From Anaeramoeba ignava BMAN (Eukaryota; Protista; Anaeramoebae), in the NCBI GenBank assembly GCA_028826165.1, contig JAPDFW010000021.1, forward strand, positions 1 to 64,000: a stretch of DNA of 64,000 nucleotides, given 5' to 3'. Shown here one piece after another: positions 52,165 through 64,000 of this stretch. Under the pieces are notes generated by a model. That model ran no database searches and was not told the origin of the DNA. It saw nothing but the letters and a program-made list of their open reading frames with translations. Both the position numbers and the translations under genes were made by a program. Positions within the stretch are counted from its first letter, which is position 1, and each line of letters begins with the position of its first letter.

Positions 52165-54595
52165 TTAATTTTTTATTCCACTTTTTGAAATAAATTTTTA
52201 TTTTTAAATTTAAATTTTTAATAAAATTTTAATAAATGATCAAATTAAAAAGAAGAAAAGATTATAAAGAAAATCAAAATAAATTAATTAATATATATTT
52301 ATTCAATTTTTATTCCACTTTTTTTTGAAATAAATTTAAATTAATTTTTAAAATATTTATAAATTAATTCCAAAAATAATAATTAATAAATAATTAATGT
52401 AAATAAATTATAAATTATTAATAAAATAATTAATATAAATTTATTTAATTTTTATTCCACTTTTTGAAATAAATTTAAATTAATTTGAAATTTAAATTAA
52501 TTATAAATTATTAATAAATTATTTCCAAAATAATAAATAATAAATAATTTATATAAATAAATTATAAATTATAAATAAATTAATTAATATAAATTTATTT
52601 AATTTTTTTATTCCACTTTTTGAAATAAATTTAAATTAATTTTAAATTTAAAATTATTAATAAATTAATTATAAATTATTTCCAAATTAATAAATAATAA
52701 ATAATTAATGTAAATAAATTATAAATTATAAATAAATTAATTAATATATATTTATTTAATTTTTTTATTCCACTTTTTTTGAAATAAATTTAAATTAATT
52801 TGAAATTAAATTTATTTATAAATTATTTATAAATTATTTCCAAAATTAATAAATAATAAATTAATTAATATAAATAAATTATAAATTATTAATAAAATAA
52901 TTAATATAAATTTATTCAATTTTTTTATTCCACTTTTTTTTGAAATAAATTTAAATTAATTTGAAATTAAAAATATTTATAAATTATTTATAAATTATTT
53001 CCAAAATAATAAATAATAAATAATTTATATAAATAAATTATAAATTATTAATAAAAATAATTAATATAAATTTATTCAATTTTTATTCCACTTTTTGAAA
53101 TAAATTTAAATTAATTTGAAATTAAAATTATTAATAAATTATTTATAAATTATTTATAAAATAATAAATAATAAATAATTTATATAAATAAATTATAAAT
53201 TATTAATAAATTAATTAATATAAATTTATTCAATTTTTTTATTCCACTTTTTTTGAAATGAATTTAAATTAATTTGAAATTTAAATTATTTATAAATTAA
53301 TTATAAATTATTTCCAAATTAATAAATAATAAATTATTAATATAAATAAATTATAAATTATTAATAAAATAATTAATATAAATTTATTCAATTTTTATTC
53401 CACTTTTTGAAATAAATTTAAATTAATTTGAAATTTAAATTATTAATAAATTATTTATAAAATATTTCCAAAATAATAAATAATAAATAATTAATATAAA
53501 TAAATTATAAATTATTAATAAAATAATTAATATAAATTTATTCAATTTTTATTCCACTTTTTTTGAAATAAATTTAAATTAATTTGAAATTTAAATTATT
53601 AATAAAATATTAATAAATTATTTCCAAAATAATAAATAATAAATAATTAATATAAATAAATTATAAATTATAAATAAAATAATTAATATATATTTATTTA
53701 ATTTTTTTATTCCATTTTTGAAATAAATTTAAATTAATTTTAAATTTAAAATTATTAATAAAATATTAATAAATTATTTCCAAAATAATAAATAATAAAT
53801 AATTAATGTAAATAAATTATAAATTATTAATAAAATAATTAATATATATTTATTTATTTTTATTCCATTTTTGAAATAAATTTAAATTAATTTGAAATTT
53901 AAATTATCTATAAATTAATTATAAATTAATTCCAAAATAATAAATAATAAATTATTAATATAAATAAATTATAAATTATAAATAAATTAATTAATATAAA
54001 TTTATTCATTTTTTTTATTCCACTTTTTGAAATAAATTTAAATTAATTTGAAATTTAAAATTATTAATAAATTATTTATAAATTATTTCCAAAATAATAA
54101 ATAATAAATAATTAATGTAAATAAATTATAAATTATAAATAAATTAATTAATATAAATTTATTTAATTTTTTTATTCCACTTTTTTTTGAAATAAATTTA
54201 AATTAATTTTAAATTTAAATTATTTATAAATTAATTATAAATTATTTCCAAATTAATAAATAATAAATTATTAATATAAACAAATTATAAATTATTAATA
54301 AATTTATTAATATATATTTATTCATTTTTTTTATTCCACTTTTTTTTTGAAATAAATTTAAATTAATTTGAAATTAAAATTATTAATAAATTATTTATAA
54401 ATTATTTCCAAAATAATAAATAATAAATAATTAATATAAATAAATTATAAATTATTAATAAAATAATTAATATAAATTTATTCAATTTTTTTATTCCACT
54501 TTTTTTTGAAATAAATTTAAATTAATTTGAAATTTAAATTATTTATAAATTAATTATAAATTAATTCCAAAATAATAAATAATAAATTATTAAAT
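52165..54595. repeat. ~156-bp extremely AT-rich tandem repeat, about 16 copies
   Basis: TTATTCCACTTTTT(T)GAAATAAATTTAAATTAATT recurs near 52452, 52608, 52766, 52926, 53084, 53239, 53395, 53549, 53707, 53860, 54015, 54172, 54332 and 54491, with decayed copies at 52173 and 52310. Confidence 0.95.
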
Positions 54596-54610
54596 AAAAA
54601 AAATTAAAAA

Positions 54611-54640
54611 TTCATTTTTCATTTTTCATTTTTCATTTTT
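54611..54640 (+). promoter_or_regulatory. Tandem TCATTTTT initiator-like motif upstream of the FYVE gene
   Basis: TTCATTTTTCATTTTTCATTTTTCATTTTT ending about 35 nt before ATG 54675. Confidence 0.4.
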
Positions 54641-54674
54641 AAATTATTAAATTGTTAAATTGTTAAATTGTTAA

Positions 54675-56159
54675 ATGCAAATCAATTACGAAGAAAATGA
54701 AGATTACCTTGAGGACATGAACGAAATCCGTGAATTAGGAAGTAAACCAACAGTAACGATAGCAGCAATAGTATCTAAAGATGAATGGCTTCCAGATGAT
54801 TCACTACAAAATTGTTTAATATGTTCATCAGTATTCACAACAACAAAAAGAAGGCATCATTGCCGGTTCTGCGGATTACTAATCTGCTCATCATGCACAT
54901 CAAAATCGCTTGACTTCAACTTAGGGAAGACGACCCAACCAGCGAGAATTTGTGATGGATGTCGAGCACTTTTATCAAATGATTCAAACACAGAAAAAAT
55001 TCCTGGAATTATGGACGTTGCTATAAGAGAAGGCCTGTATTCACCCGACGAGGAATACGATGTGGCAAAGCAAAAACGTTATGCAGGCGTCTATTTTGTT
55101 AATTTGGTTCATGATTTTTCTAAATACATTTCGGTCGCAGACCCAAATAACGAAATTGAAGAGAATGAAACAACAAATCAGACTAATTTTAAGATCCAAC
55201 GTCTTTCCCTACAGACGTTGATAAAGCTCACTTATAATAACGAACGCAACCAGGAGATTATAAGAACAACTCCAAATATTTTCGATACTTTATTCACAGT
55301 TGCATTCTCACATCATCAATCAAAACACTTGGCCCTTGAGCTGCTCGCAAATATTTCAATAACAACAATTTCTAATGATTTATTCGATCCAAATCTTCGA
55401 CTTTTGTCGCAAATGAAAAAAATTCCTAATTTTATTCTTAATTGCAAAGATGAAACCGCCCAAAAACCTTCTATTCGTTTTCTCTATAACTATCTCCAAT
55501 TCTGTCTCGACGAAAGACTTGAGTTTATTGAGGAGGCTGAGTTTTCTTTTTTGCTCCGAATTGTTTCTGTTTACAAAACACAGAATCCAGTGCTAACAAC
55601 ACTTGCACTTGGTTCGATCTCAATTATTCTTTCCAATAAAAAACTCCAGCATTTTATGATTTCAACCGGTGGCATCGGTTTGATTTTCCAGATTCTTTCC
55701 GATTTCATCCATTCCGAAACTAGAATCCCTCTTTCATGTCTTTTTTTCGCCACTAAGATTCTTTGGGATCTTGTTGAGAATGATGAAAATGTTGATTCCA
55801 TTTTGATTTATGATATTCGTCCACTTCTCCGTATTGTGTTGGAAGTTCCCAATGCTCCCCAAATTATCCATCATGTCCTCAATTTCATTATGGGTGTTTC
55901 AAAGTTCCCTTCTATTGAAAAGCGCTTTTCTGAGGATGCTTGTTTGGTTCCTGTTATTTTCGCTATTTTTCAACCAAAATTCCCAAAAGCTACAAAATTA
56001 AAAGCTTTGAAAGTTGTTTCTAAACTCGCTAATTTTGTTCATTTGAAAAAGTTTTTGATTGAAAATCAGTTTATTAATTTTTTAACTGTTCTTTCTTCTT
56101 CTAATGATTCTGGAATTCAACGTTTGGCTGCTGAAGCTATTCAAGAATTAAAGAAATAA
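54675..56159 (+). CDS. FYVE zinc finger + armadillo/HEAT-like repeat protein
   Basis: WLPD..CLIC..F....RRHHCRFCGLLICSSC...RICDGC is the FYVE consensus; the remainder is Leu-rich helical repeats. Confidence 0.9.
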   Translation: MQINYEENEDYLEDMNEIRELGSKPTVTIAAIVSKDEWLPDDSLQNCLICSSVFTTTKRRHHCRFCGLLICSSCTSKSLDFNLGKTTQPARICDGCRALLSNDSNTEKIPGIMDVAIREGLYSPDEEYDVAKQKRYAGVYFVNLVHDFSKYISVADPNNEIEENETTNQTNFKIQRLSLQTLIKLTYNNERNQEIIRTTPNIFDTLFTVAFSHHQSKHLALELLANISITTISNDLFDPNLRLLSQMKKIPNFILNCKDETAQKPSIRFLYNYLQFCLDERLEFIEEAEFSFLLRIVSVYKTQNPVLTTLALGSISIILSNKKLQHFMISTGGIGLIFQILSDFIHSETRIPLSCLFFATKILWDLVENDENVDSILIYDIRPLLRIVLEVPNAPQIIHHVLNFIMGVSKFPSIEKRFSEDACLVPVIFAIFQPKFPKATKLKALKVVSKLANFVHLKKFLIENQFINFLTVLSSSNDSGIQRLAAEAIQELKK

Positions 56160-56421
56160 TTTTAATTTTAATTTTGAAAAAAAAAAAAAATAAAAAAGAA
56201 AAAATAAAAAAGAAAAAAGAAGAATTCCACTTTTTTATTTTTAAAAAGAAAAGAAAAAGAAAAATTTATTGATTTTTGGATTAATTTTTGAAAAGAAAAA
56301 AAAAGAAAAGAAAGAAAGAAAAAAAATTTGTTTGAAAAAAAAAATGATTTTTGTTAGAAAAAGAAAAGAAATGTTTTTTTAAAAAAAATTGGATTTAAAG
56401 AGAGGAAATTTCTAAATGAAG

Positions 56422-59400
56422 TTAATTATCATTTTCATTATTTTCATTTTGATTTTCATTTTCATTTTGATTTTCATTTTGATTTTCATTTTGATTTTCA
56501 TTTTGATTTTCATTTTCATTTTCATTTTGATTTTCATTTTCATTTTCATTTTCATTTTGATTTTCATTTTCAATTTGATTTTCATTTTCATTTTCATTTT
56601 GATTTTCATTTTGATTTTGATTTTCATTTTCATTTTCATTTGAATTATCTTCAACTTTAAATTTATAAACTTCAATTAAATTCTTCTTCATTTCATCACG
56701 ATATTTTGGATAATCAGAAGGTAAAATAACTTTATTATTAGATTTCAAATCTTGTTCAATCTTTAAAGTAAGTTGAAAATCAGGAAATAAATTAGGATAA
56801 TCAATAGGAGAAGGAATAGATTCTGAAATTTTCTTATTATTAGGATTATCAGATAAATATTTTTTCCATAATTGAACTAATTCAGGAACTTTACTTGGCA
56901 TATAAGTTCGAGCCATGATTGTTGCCTCAGGAATTCTGTTGCAAGACTGAAGCAAATTAATGCATTTCTCAACTTCTCCTGTTATAAAATAGCAAAGAAA
57001 TGCTACGTTATCTTGTCCTTGGGAAATAGCTGATTCTGCTACTTGTTTTAATCCTTCTTTGTTACTTATTGATGAATAATAAAGAATTAATCCACTTAAA
57101 TCTTGAATTTTCCACATGCATTTTTCTGCAATATCAAAATTGGAATATTCTAGAGCTACTTCAACTAAATGTCTCCATTTATGTTCTGTTGGAGATTTCT
57201 CTGCAATTTGATAAGCTTTTTCGATTTGTTCTAGTTTGAGAGCTTTTATTAAATAAAAAATGAATTTTAATTTTAATTTTAATTTTCAAAATGAATTTTA
57301 TAAATGAATTTTAATTTTATAAATGAATTTTAATTTTCAAAATGAATTTTAATTTTAATTTTAATTTTAATTTTAATTTTAAATTTTAATTTTAATTTTA
57401 ATTTTAATTTTATAAATGAATTTTAATTTTAATTTTAATTTTAAATTAAATTTTAATTTTAATTTTAATTTTAATTTTATAAATGAATTTTAATTTTAAT
57501 TTTAATTTTCAAAATGAATTTTAATTTTAATTTTAATTTTAATTTTAATTTTAATTTTAATTTTAATTTTAATTTTAATTTTAATTTTAATTTTAATTTT
57601 AATTTTAATTTTAATTTTAATTTTAATTTTAATTTTAATTTTAATTTTATAAATGAATTTTAATTTTAATTTTAATTTTAATTTTAATTTTAATTTTAAT
57701 TTTAATTTTAATTTTAATTTTATAAATGAATTTTGATTTTAATTTTAATTTTTTAAATGAATTTTAATTTTATAAATGAATTTTAATTTTTTAAATGAAT
57801 TTTAATTTTATAAATGAATTTTAATTTTATAAATGAATTTTAATTTTAATTTTAATTTTACCCAACTCAAATTGATGCTCATAATCAGATGTAATCTCCA
57901 TAGCCTTTTCATACATCCCTAACTTATCCAAAAACCTTGAAATTCGAATCAACCCAGATTGAGGAATATTAGGAATAATAGAATCAGCAAACTTCAAATC
58001 ATCTCTCAAAATAGCGGATTGAAAATCAATCTCATTTGTTTCAATAGTATAAGTATAAATATTAAAATCCTTATCAGAAAGAACACAACGACTAAACTTG
58101 GGAAGATAGCCAATAAGAAACAGCTCCTTATCAAGATGCGCAATTGTAAAAACTTCGTCTTTTATGCAATAATTCAATTTTCCTTCATTTGTATTATAAA
58201 TAAAACAATCGTGAATCCAAATACCCGAAACTACTGAGTCTTTGATTTCAGAAACAATTTCAAAAGAATTATCAATTCCATCCTCATCAAGTTCTTGGTT
58301 CAATTCAAGACTTGTATTCACAATTTCCTTGTTGTATCTCAAGATAAAAAACGAATTTAAAGTTGATATTGAAATATAATCGCCAGTTTGTGACCAAAAA
58401 ATATTCTTTGGATTAACATCAATTCTGCGGATAAGACCAAGCGAGTTCCAGTCATAAAAGCAGACAAAATCATCTGCAGAACGGATTCCAAGGAGAGCAC
58501 CGCCAAAGATGCCCTTGATGTTATTAAACGGGGAAAATTTTTTATCTTCGTTAAAATTGGTATAAATCGCAACCGTGTTTTTGTTTTCAAGAACGGCGTA
58601 TTTGGAGGTATCAGGACCCCAAACGAACTTCAAACCGGAACCGAATGCCTTGTTGCGCCAAGCTATTGCTGTGTAAATGGTGAACTCGCCGTCTCCAATA
58701 ACGCTTACAAAGCGGTCATTTGGGGAATGTTGGATTTTTGTGGGAAGAACTTCGGAATGGCCGAGATCCTTTGGAGACAAGGACAGCTTATCGCCGTCGT
58801 GGATCGTGATTGTATCGTCTGATAAGGCAAGTTTGACATTTGCCATCTTGACTTCAGCCTGTTTTGAATAGATGATTTTTCCGTTGGAATCAAAACTAAT
58901 TGCCGGGATTTCTTTCCCTATTTGTATGACAGCAAAACCGTAGTCAAAACCGAAAGAGAGCTTTGTGCTCCCGGGCTTTGCGGCGAGGCACCAGCACGAA
59001 TCCAAGCCGTAATCAAGTGTCGATTCAAGACGATAAGTAACGGAATTCCACAATTTGATTGTTCCATCTTCTGATCCACTAATTACGATTTGCAGTGAAG
59101 GATGGAACCCAATACAAGCCACATTATCCGAGTGACCCTCGAGTGTTTGGATACATGTTTTGTTCTGGTAGTCCCAAATCTTCACCATGTGATCGTCTGC
59201 TCCTGAAGCTAGAACTGGTCTGTCGTCGTGCATGCAAAATCCAATGCAATTCACCCCTTTTTCATGTCCCATTAATGTAAACTTCGCTGTCGGGCTTTCA
59301 ATCCCCCAGAACTTGATCGTCCCGTCAAGTGATGCTGTGCAGAATGTCTGTGGGTCTTTTGGATTCCATGCTAATTGCATTACATAGTGACTGTGTCCTT

Positions 59401-60368
59401 CGTATGTTTGTTTGCATTTCCAATCTTCGCTCCAATCCCAGAGTCGTATTGTCATATCATCCGAACAGGAAACAACGTATGGAAGTGTTGGATGCACTGC
59501 AAGGTCTCTTTTTTATTTTTAATATAAATTTCAAATTCAAATTCAAATTCAAATTCAAATTCAAATTCAAAATGAATTTTATATTTATATTTATATTTAT
59601 ATTTATATTTATAATTATATTTATATTTATATTTATATTTATATTTATATTTATATTTATATTTATAATTATATTTATATTTATATTTATATTTATATTT
59701 ATATTTATATTTATATTTATATTTATATTTATATTTATATTTATATTTTATTTTTATATTTTATATTTATAATTATATTTATATTTATATTTATATTTAT
59801 ATTTATATTTATATTTATATTTATATTTATATTTATATTTATATTTATATTTATATTTATATTTATATTTATATTTATATTTATATTTATATTTATATTT
59901 ATATTTATATTTATATTTATATTTATATTTATATTTAGATTTAGATTTATATTTATTTAAATATTTATAATTAAAATTAAATTCAAAAAGTACCTAACAT
60001 AGTCAGGATGTCCTTCAAATTGTTTAACTTTTTCAAGTGTATTTGAATTAAAAACACGAATCATAAAATCATCAGAACAAGTAATAAACCATTCTTTTCT
60101 TGTAATCCAACGAACAGCACGAATTGGAGTTGTTGATACTTCAATTGATTGAATAATTTGTTGAGTTGAATAATTAAAGAAAACTACTTGTCCTGTATAA
60201 AGTCCGAGTAATAAAACTGGTTGAGTTGGATGAATATCAACACTTTTTACTTTTTCAGTTCTTTGTGTTGTTTTCTTTTTAATGTTTAATTTTGATAACT
60301 TTATTTTTTATTTTTTATTTTTAATTTTAATTTTTTAATTTTAATTTTTTAAATAAAAAACAAACCAT
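56422..60368 (-). CDS. COPB2: Coatomer subunit beta' (Sec27); exons 60368-60366, 60298-59994, 59507-57862, 57242-56422
   Basis: [61 protein letters not shown] and RIPEATIMARTYMPS are diagnostic. Three GT-AG introns restore the frame. Confidence 0.95.
57243..57861 (-). repeat. Intron of (AAAATT)n with CATTTATAAAA interruptions
   Basis: GTAAAA donor, ATAAAAG acceptor. Confidence 0.85.
59508..59993 (-). repeat. Intron of (AAATAT)n
   Basis: GTACTT donor, AAAAAG acceptor. Confidence 0.85.
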
Positions 60369-60441
60369 TTTTTTTTATTATTTATTAAAAACAAAAATGA
60401 AAAAAATGAAAAATGAAAAAATGAAAAAATAAAAAAATAAA

Positions 60442-61542
60442 TTAAAAATTTTTGTTTTCTTGATTTGAAAAATCTTGATAATAAGGATTATATAAAGGTC
60501 CTTCTTGATTAAATTCTTGATTAAATTCTTGATTAAATTCTTGATTTTCTTGTTGGTTTTGTTGTTGATTAAATTCTTGATTAAATTCTTGATTAAATTC
60601 TTGATTAAATTCTTGATTAAATTCTTGATTAAATTCTTGATTTTCTTGTTGGTTTTGTTGTTGATTAAATTCTTGATTTTCTTGTGGTTCTTGTTGATTA
60701 AATAATGGATTAAATCCTTTTTTATATTCATCAATTTCTGTTTCATTTAATTCATTTGGAATTTCAATATTTCCAAATTCAAATTCATTTTTTTGTTGAT
60801 TTTCTGTTTGATCTTGTTCATTTTTTTCCTTTTTATAAATTTGGATCATTGTTTCAAAATCTTCATCTCCTTTTAATTTTGGTTCTTCTTCTTTAACAAT
60901 TGTTGTTTCACTTGTTTTTTGTTTTTCTTGAATAAACAAAGGAGTATCAAGAGTATTTCGATATAAATTTTGATATGAATTTCGATATTGATTTCGATAT
61001 TGATTTCTATATTGATTTTGATTTTGATTTTGATTTTGATTTTGATTTTGATTTTCATTTTGATATTCATTTTGATTTTCATTTTCATTTCTTCTATTTC
61101 TTGAAAAACAACAAGAATCACAATTACAATTACATGAACAACAATTCCTTTTTAAATCCAAAAAAAAATAAAAGGAAAAAAATTTATTTTTTTTGGATCA
61201 AAAAAATTTATTATTTAAAAAATTTTCAATAAATTTTTTTTTATTAAATTCTTACCTTGCTGCGTCACAACAAGCAATAACAGGTATAGCAATAAATGGA
61301 ATACCAAAAAGTACTCCTCCAAAAATCGTTAATAATTTAATTGATAAACTAGAACCAACTACCAATAAAATAAATCCTGTCTGTTTATTAAATAAATTTT
61401 ATAAATAAAAAAATTTAATTAAAATTCCAAATTTAAATTTATAAAATAGATTTGAAAGGAAAATAAATACAATTGCACATAAAAATATCAAAATACAAAA
61501 ACCACCATTATGTCCAAAACAACATGAACATTTATTTCTCAT
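60442..61542 (-). CDS. Small membrane protein with Cys-rich segments flanking hydrophobic helices and a Q/N/E-rich tail with QEFN repeats; exons 61542-61471, 61380-61256, 61147-60442
   Basis: Spliced translation: MRNKCSCCFGHNGGFCILIFLCAI-TGFILLVVGSSLSIKLLTIFGGVLFGIPFIAIPVIACCDAAR-NCCSCNCNCDSCCF... Confidence 0.7.
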
Positions 61543-61757
61543 TTCAAAATTATAAAAAAATTGAGAAAAAAAAATGAAAACTTTTTTTTTAACAAAATTT
61601 CATCAAATTAATTTTTCATCAAATTTTTTATTTCATCAAATTTTTATTTCAATTCAAATTCATTTCAATTCAAATTAAAACAAAAGTTTCAATTCATTTT
61701 CAATCTAATTCAAGTTGATTCAATTCAATTTCAATTCATTTTCATTTCATTTTAATT

Positions 61758-63961
61758 TCATTTCTTTCGAGGTTGAATTTCAAGTGATTTTGAATACATC
61801 GCATCTTCAGTCCATAATTTAGGAAACCCTCTTAAAAGAGACATAATTTGATGAACAGGTTGAAAACCATAAGGAATTAATTGAAAATTTTGAATTTCAA
61901 GAATTTTTTCACAAACAAGTCTTCTTTTTTGGAAATTAATTAAATTTTGAATAAAATCAGGATTTCCATCTTCAGTAAAAGTTAAATCAGTTAAAACAAT
62001 TCCCAAATAAGGAAGACAAGGAGGAGTTGAACTTTGCAAAGTTGTTCTATATTTTTTATAAGAACCAGTAGATGCCATCAAATCCAAAAATTCCTTAAAA
62101 GAAGCTGTTCGTTTTTCTGGAACAAGCTTCCAAGTTTCTGTTAATCGATATATTGCTGAATTATTTAATCCAGCTATTACTGCCATCATTGTGTTGTAAT
62201 TCTTCATCCGCAATAAATGATCTGCTATTTTTATAAATTTAGTTATCGTTCTTACTCTCTCTTTTGTGCTTTCTGTTGTGATTACTGTTTGTGCTATCCA
62301 TATTGATAATTCATTAAATCTATCAATTAGTTTAAGTACATTTGGTGAACGATATTTTAATTTAGGTTTATTCCAAGCTTGATTTAACAATTCTTTTGAC
62401 TAAATATTTTTGATTTTAATTTTAATTTTAATTTTAATTTTAATTTTAATTTTAATTTTAATTTTAATTTTAATTTTAATTTTAATTTTAATTTTAATTT
62501 TAATTTTAATTTTAATTTTAATTTTAATTTTAATTTTAATTTTAATTTTAATTTTAATTTTAATTTTAATTTTAATTTTAATTTTAATTTTAATTTTAAT
62601 TTTAATTTTAATTTTAATTTTAATTTTAATTTTAATTTTAATTTCAATTTTAATTTTAATTTTATTTTTACTTCAATTTTAGAAAAAATTTCAAATTCAA
62701 TTAATGTTAATTGTTTAGCAATTTCTTGTTTTTTAATATCATCTAAAGATAATTTTGGACTAAAAAGATTTCTTGGAATAAGAGGAGGTTCTAATTCAAC
62801 TCTAATTAATTTACTTGATTGATTTCCTGATAATTTTTTAAAAACTAAATTTCTTAATCCTTTTGCAAGATCAATATGTTTATCTCTTGCAAGGGAATTA
62901 TCAATAAATAAAGAAATTTCATGTAAACTTTTTTGATCAAAATCAGCAAAATAATTTTCAATCCAATTTTTTAAAACAATAATAACTCTCATTTGAACTA
63001 AACGACGAAAATTAGGATCAAAATGAGAAGGAACATGATATCTTTTTTTAAATTGATTTTTAAATTGATTTTTAAATTGATTTTTAAATTGATTTTTAAA
63101 TTAATTTTTAAATTGATTTTTAAATTGATTTTTAAATTGATTTTTAAATTGATTTTTAAATTGATTTTTAAATTGATTTTTAAATTCATTTTTAAATTGA
63201 TTTTTAAATTGATTTCCAAATTGATTTTTAAATTCATTTTTAAATTCATTTTTGATATAACTACCTTTCAATTAATTTCTTTAAAAAAAAATGAGTAGTT
63301 GTAAATGATTGATAAGTTAATAAAAAATAATTTAAGAATTTTTCATTATATTGTTCAGGATCTGTTAATTTTTCAACTAATTTATTTAATGTAGCTGCTC
63401 TAATTTGAGATTGCTTATCTATTTTGATTTTGAATTTAATTTTGATTTTGAATTTGAATTTGAATTTGATTTTAAATTTGATTTTGATTTTGAATTTGAA
63501 TTTGATTTTTATTTTGAATTGATTTTTGAATTTGAATTTGATTTTGAATTTGAATTTGAATTTGATTTTAAATTGATTTTTGAATTTGAATTTAATTTTA
63601 ATTTTGATTTTGAATTTGATTTTGATTTTGATTTTGATTTTGATTTTGATTTTCATTTTGAATTTGAATTTGAATTTCATTTTGAATTTGAATTTAATTT
63701 TAATTTTGATTTTGAATTTGATTTTGAATTTAATTTTAATTTTGATTTTGAATTTGAATTTGATTTTGATTTTGATTTTGAATTTTGAATTTTGAATTTG
63801 AATTTGAATTTGAATTTGAATTTGAATTTGAATTTGAATTTTGATTTTAAATTGATTTTTGAATTTTAGTTAAACTACCATTTGGATCTAAAAATAATAT
63901 ATTTTCATCAGAATCTTCTCCTTCTTCCCAAATTGATTTATCATCTGTTTTTTGATCATTT
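61758..63961 (-). CDS. RasGEF (REM + CDC25 domain), 3' part; introns 63878-63419, 63264-63042 and 62671-62400; continues beyond window
   Basis: IRAATLNKLVEKLT..FLLTYQSFTT (REM); RVIIVLKNWIENYFADF; IAKQLTLIEFEIF; PPCLPYLGIVLTDLTFTEDGNPD..INFQKRR (CDC25). Confidence 0.93.
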
Positions 63962-64000
63962 CTATTAAAAATAATTTCCAAAAAAAATGATTTAATTAAA

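Noticed and set aside
52165-54595. CRISPR-like array (constant motif with spacers)
   Set aside because: The sequence between motifs is also repeated rather than unique; period ~156 bp; no cas genes; eukaryotic context.
57862-59507. Horizontal transfer or contamination explaining the GC-richer segment
   Set aside because: It is an internal exon of a core eukaryotic gene, in frame with AT-rich flanking exons.
28734-63961. Non-canonical splice sites or alternative genetic code
   Set aside because: Every intron I traced has GT..AG ends that restore the frame; TAA/TGA act as stops and TGG encodes conserved Trp.

Overview
Very AT-rich eukaryotic (protist) genomic DNA with standard code and GT-AG spliceosomal introns. 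The style (BTB-TLDc paralogues, NE/NQ low-complexity tracts, TCATTTTT motifs before ATGs) suggests a metamonad such as Anaeramoeba; that assignment is inference only. Gene order: 5' end of a DEAD-box helicase (-); BTB-TLDc (+); FG-GAP/FN3 type-I membrane protein (+); second BTB-TLDc (+); ABI-like SCAR/WAVE subunit (+); second FG-GAP/FN3 protein (-); actin (+); a ~3,300-aa BTB-BEACH-WD40 gene (+); three tandem ~2,000-aa membrane proteins (-); FYVE-ARM protein (+); beta'-COP (-); small Cys-rich membrane protein (-); 3' part of a RasGEF (-). The three tandem membrane proteins join a large Ig/invasin-like ectodomain to a C-terminal region resembling the animal retinol transporter STRA6, and are the best candidate for an undescribed system. 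Large intergenic gaps hold three AT-rich tandem-repeat families with ~144, ~146 and ~156 bp periods, one with fixed head and tail modules. Many introns are filled with microsatellites oriented with transcription. Scattered 1-nt frameshifts, even in actin, point to consensus errors. Exon boundaries were derived by eye.
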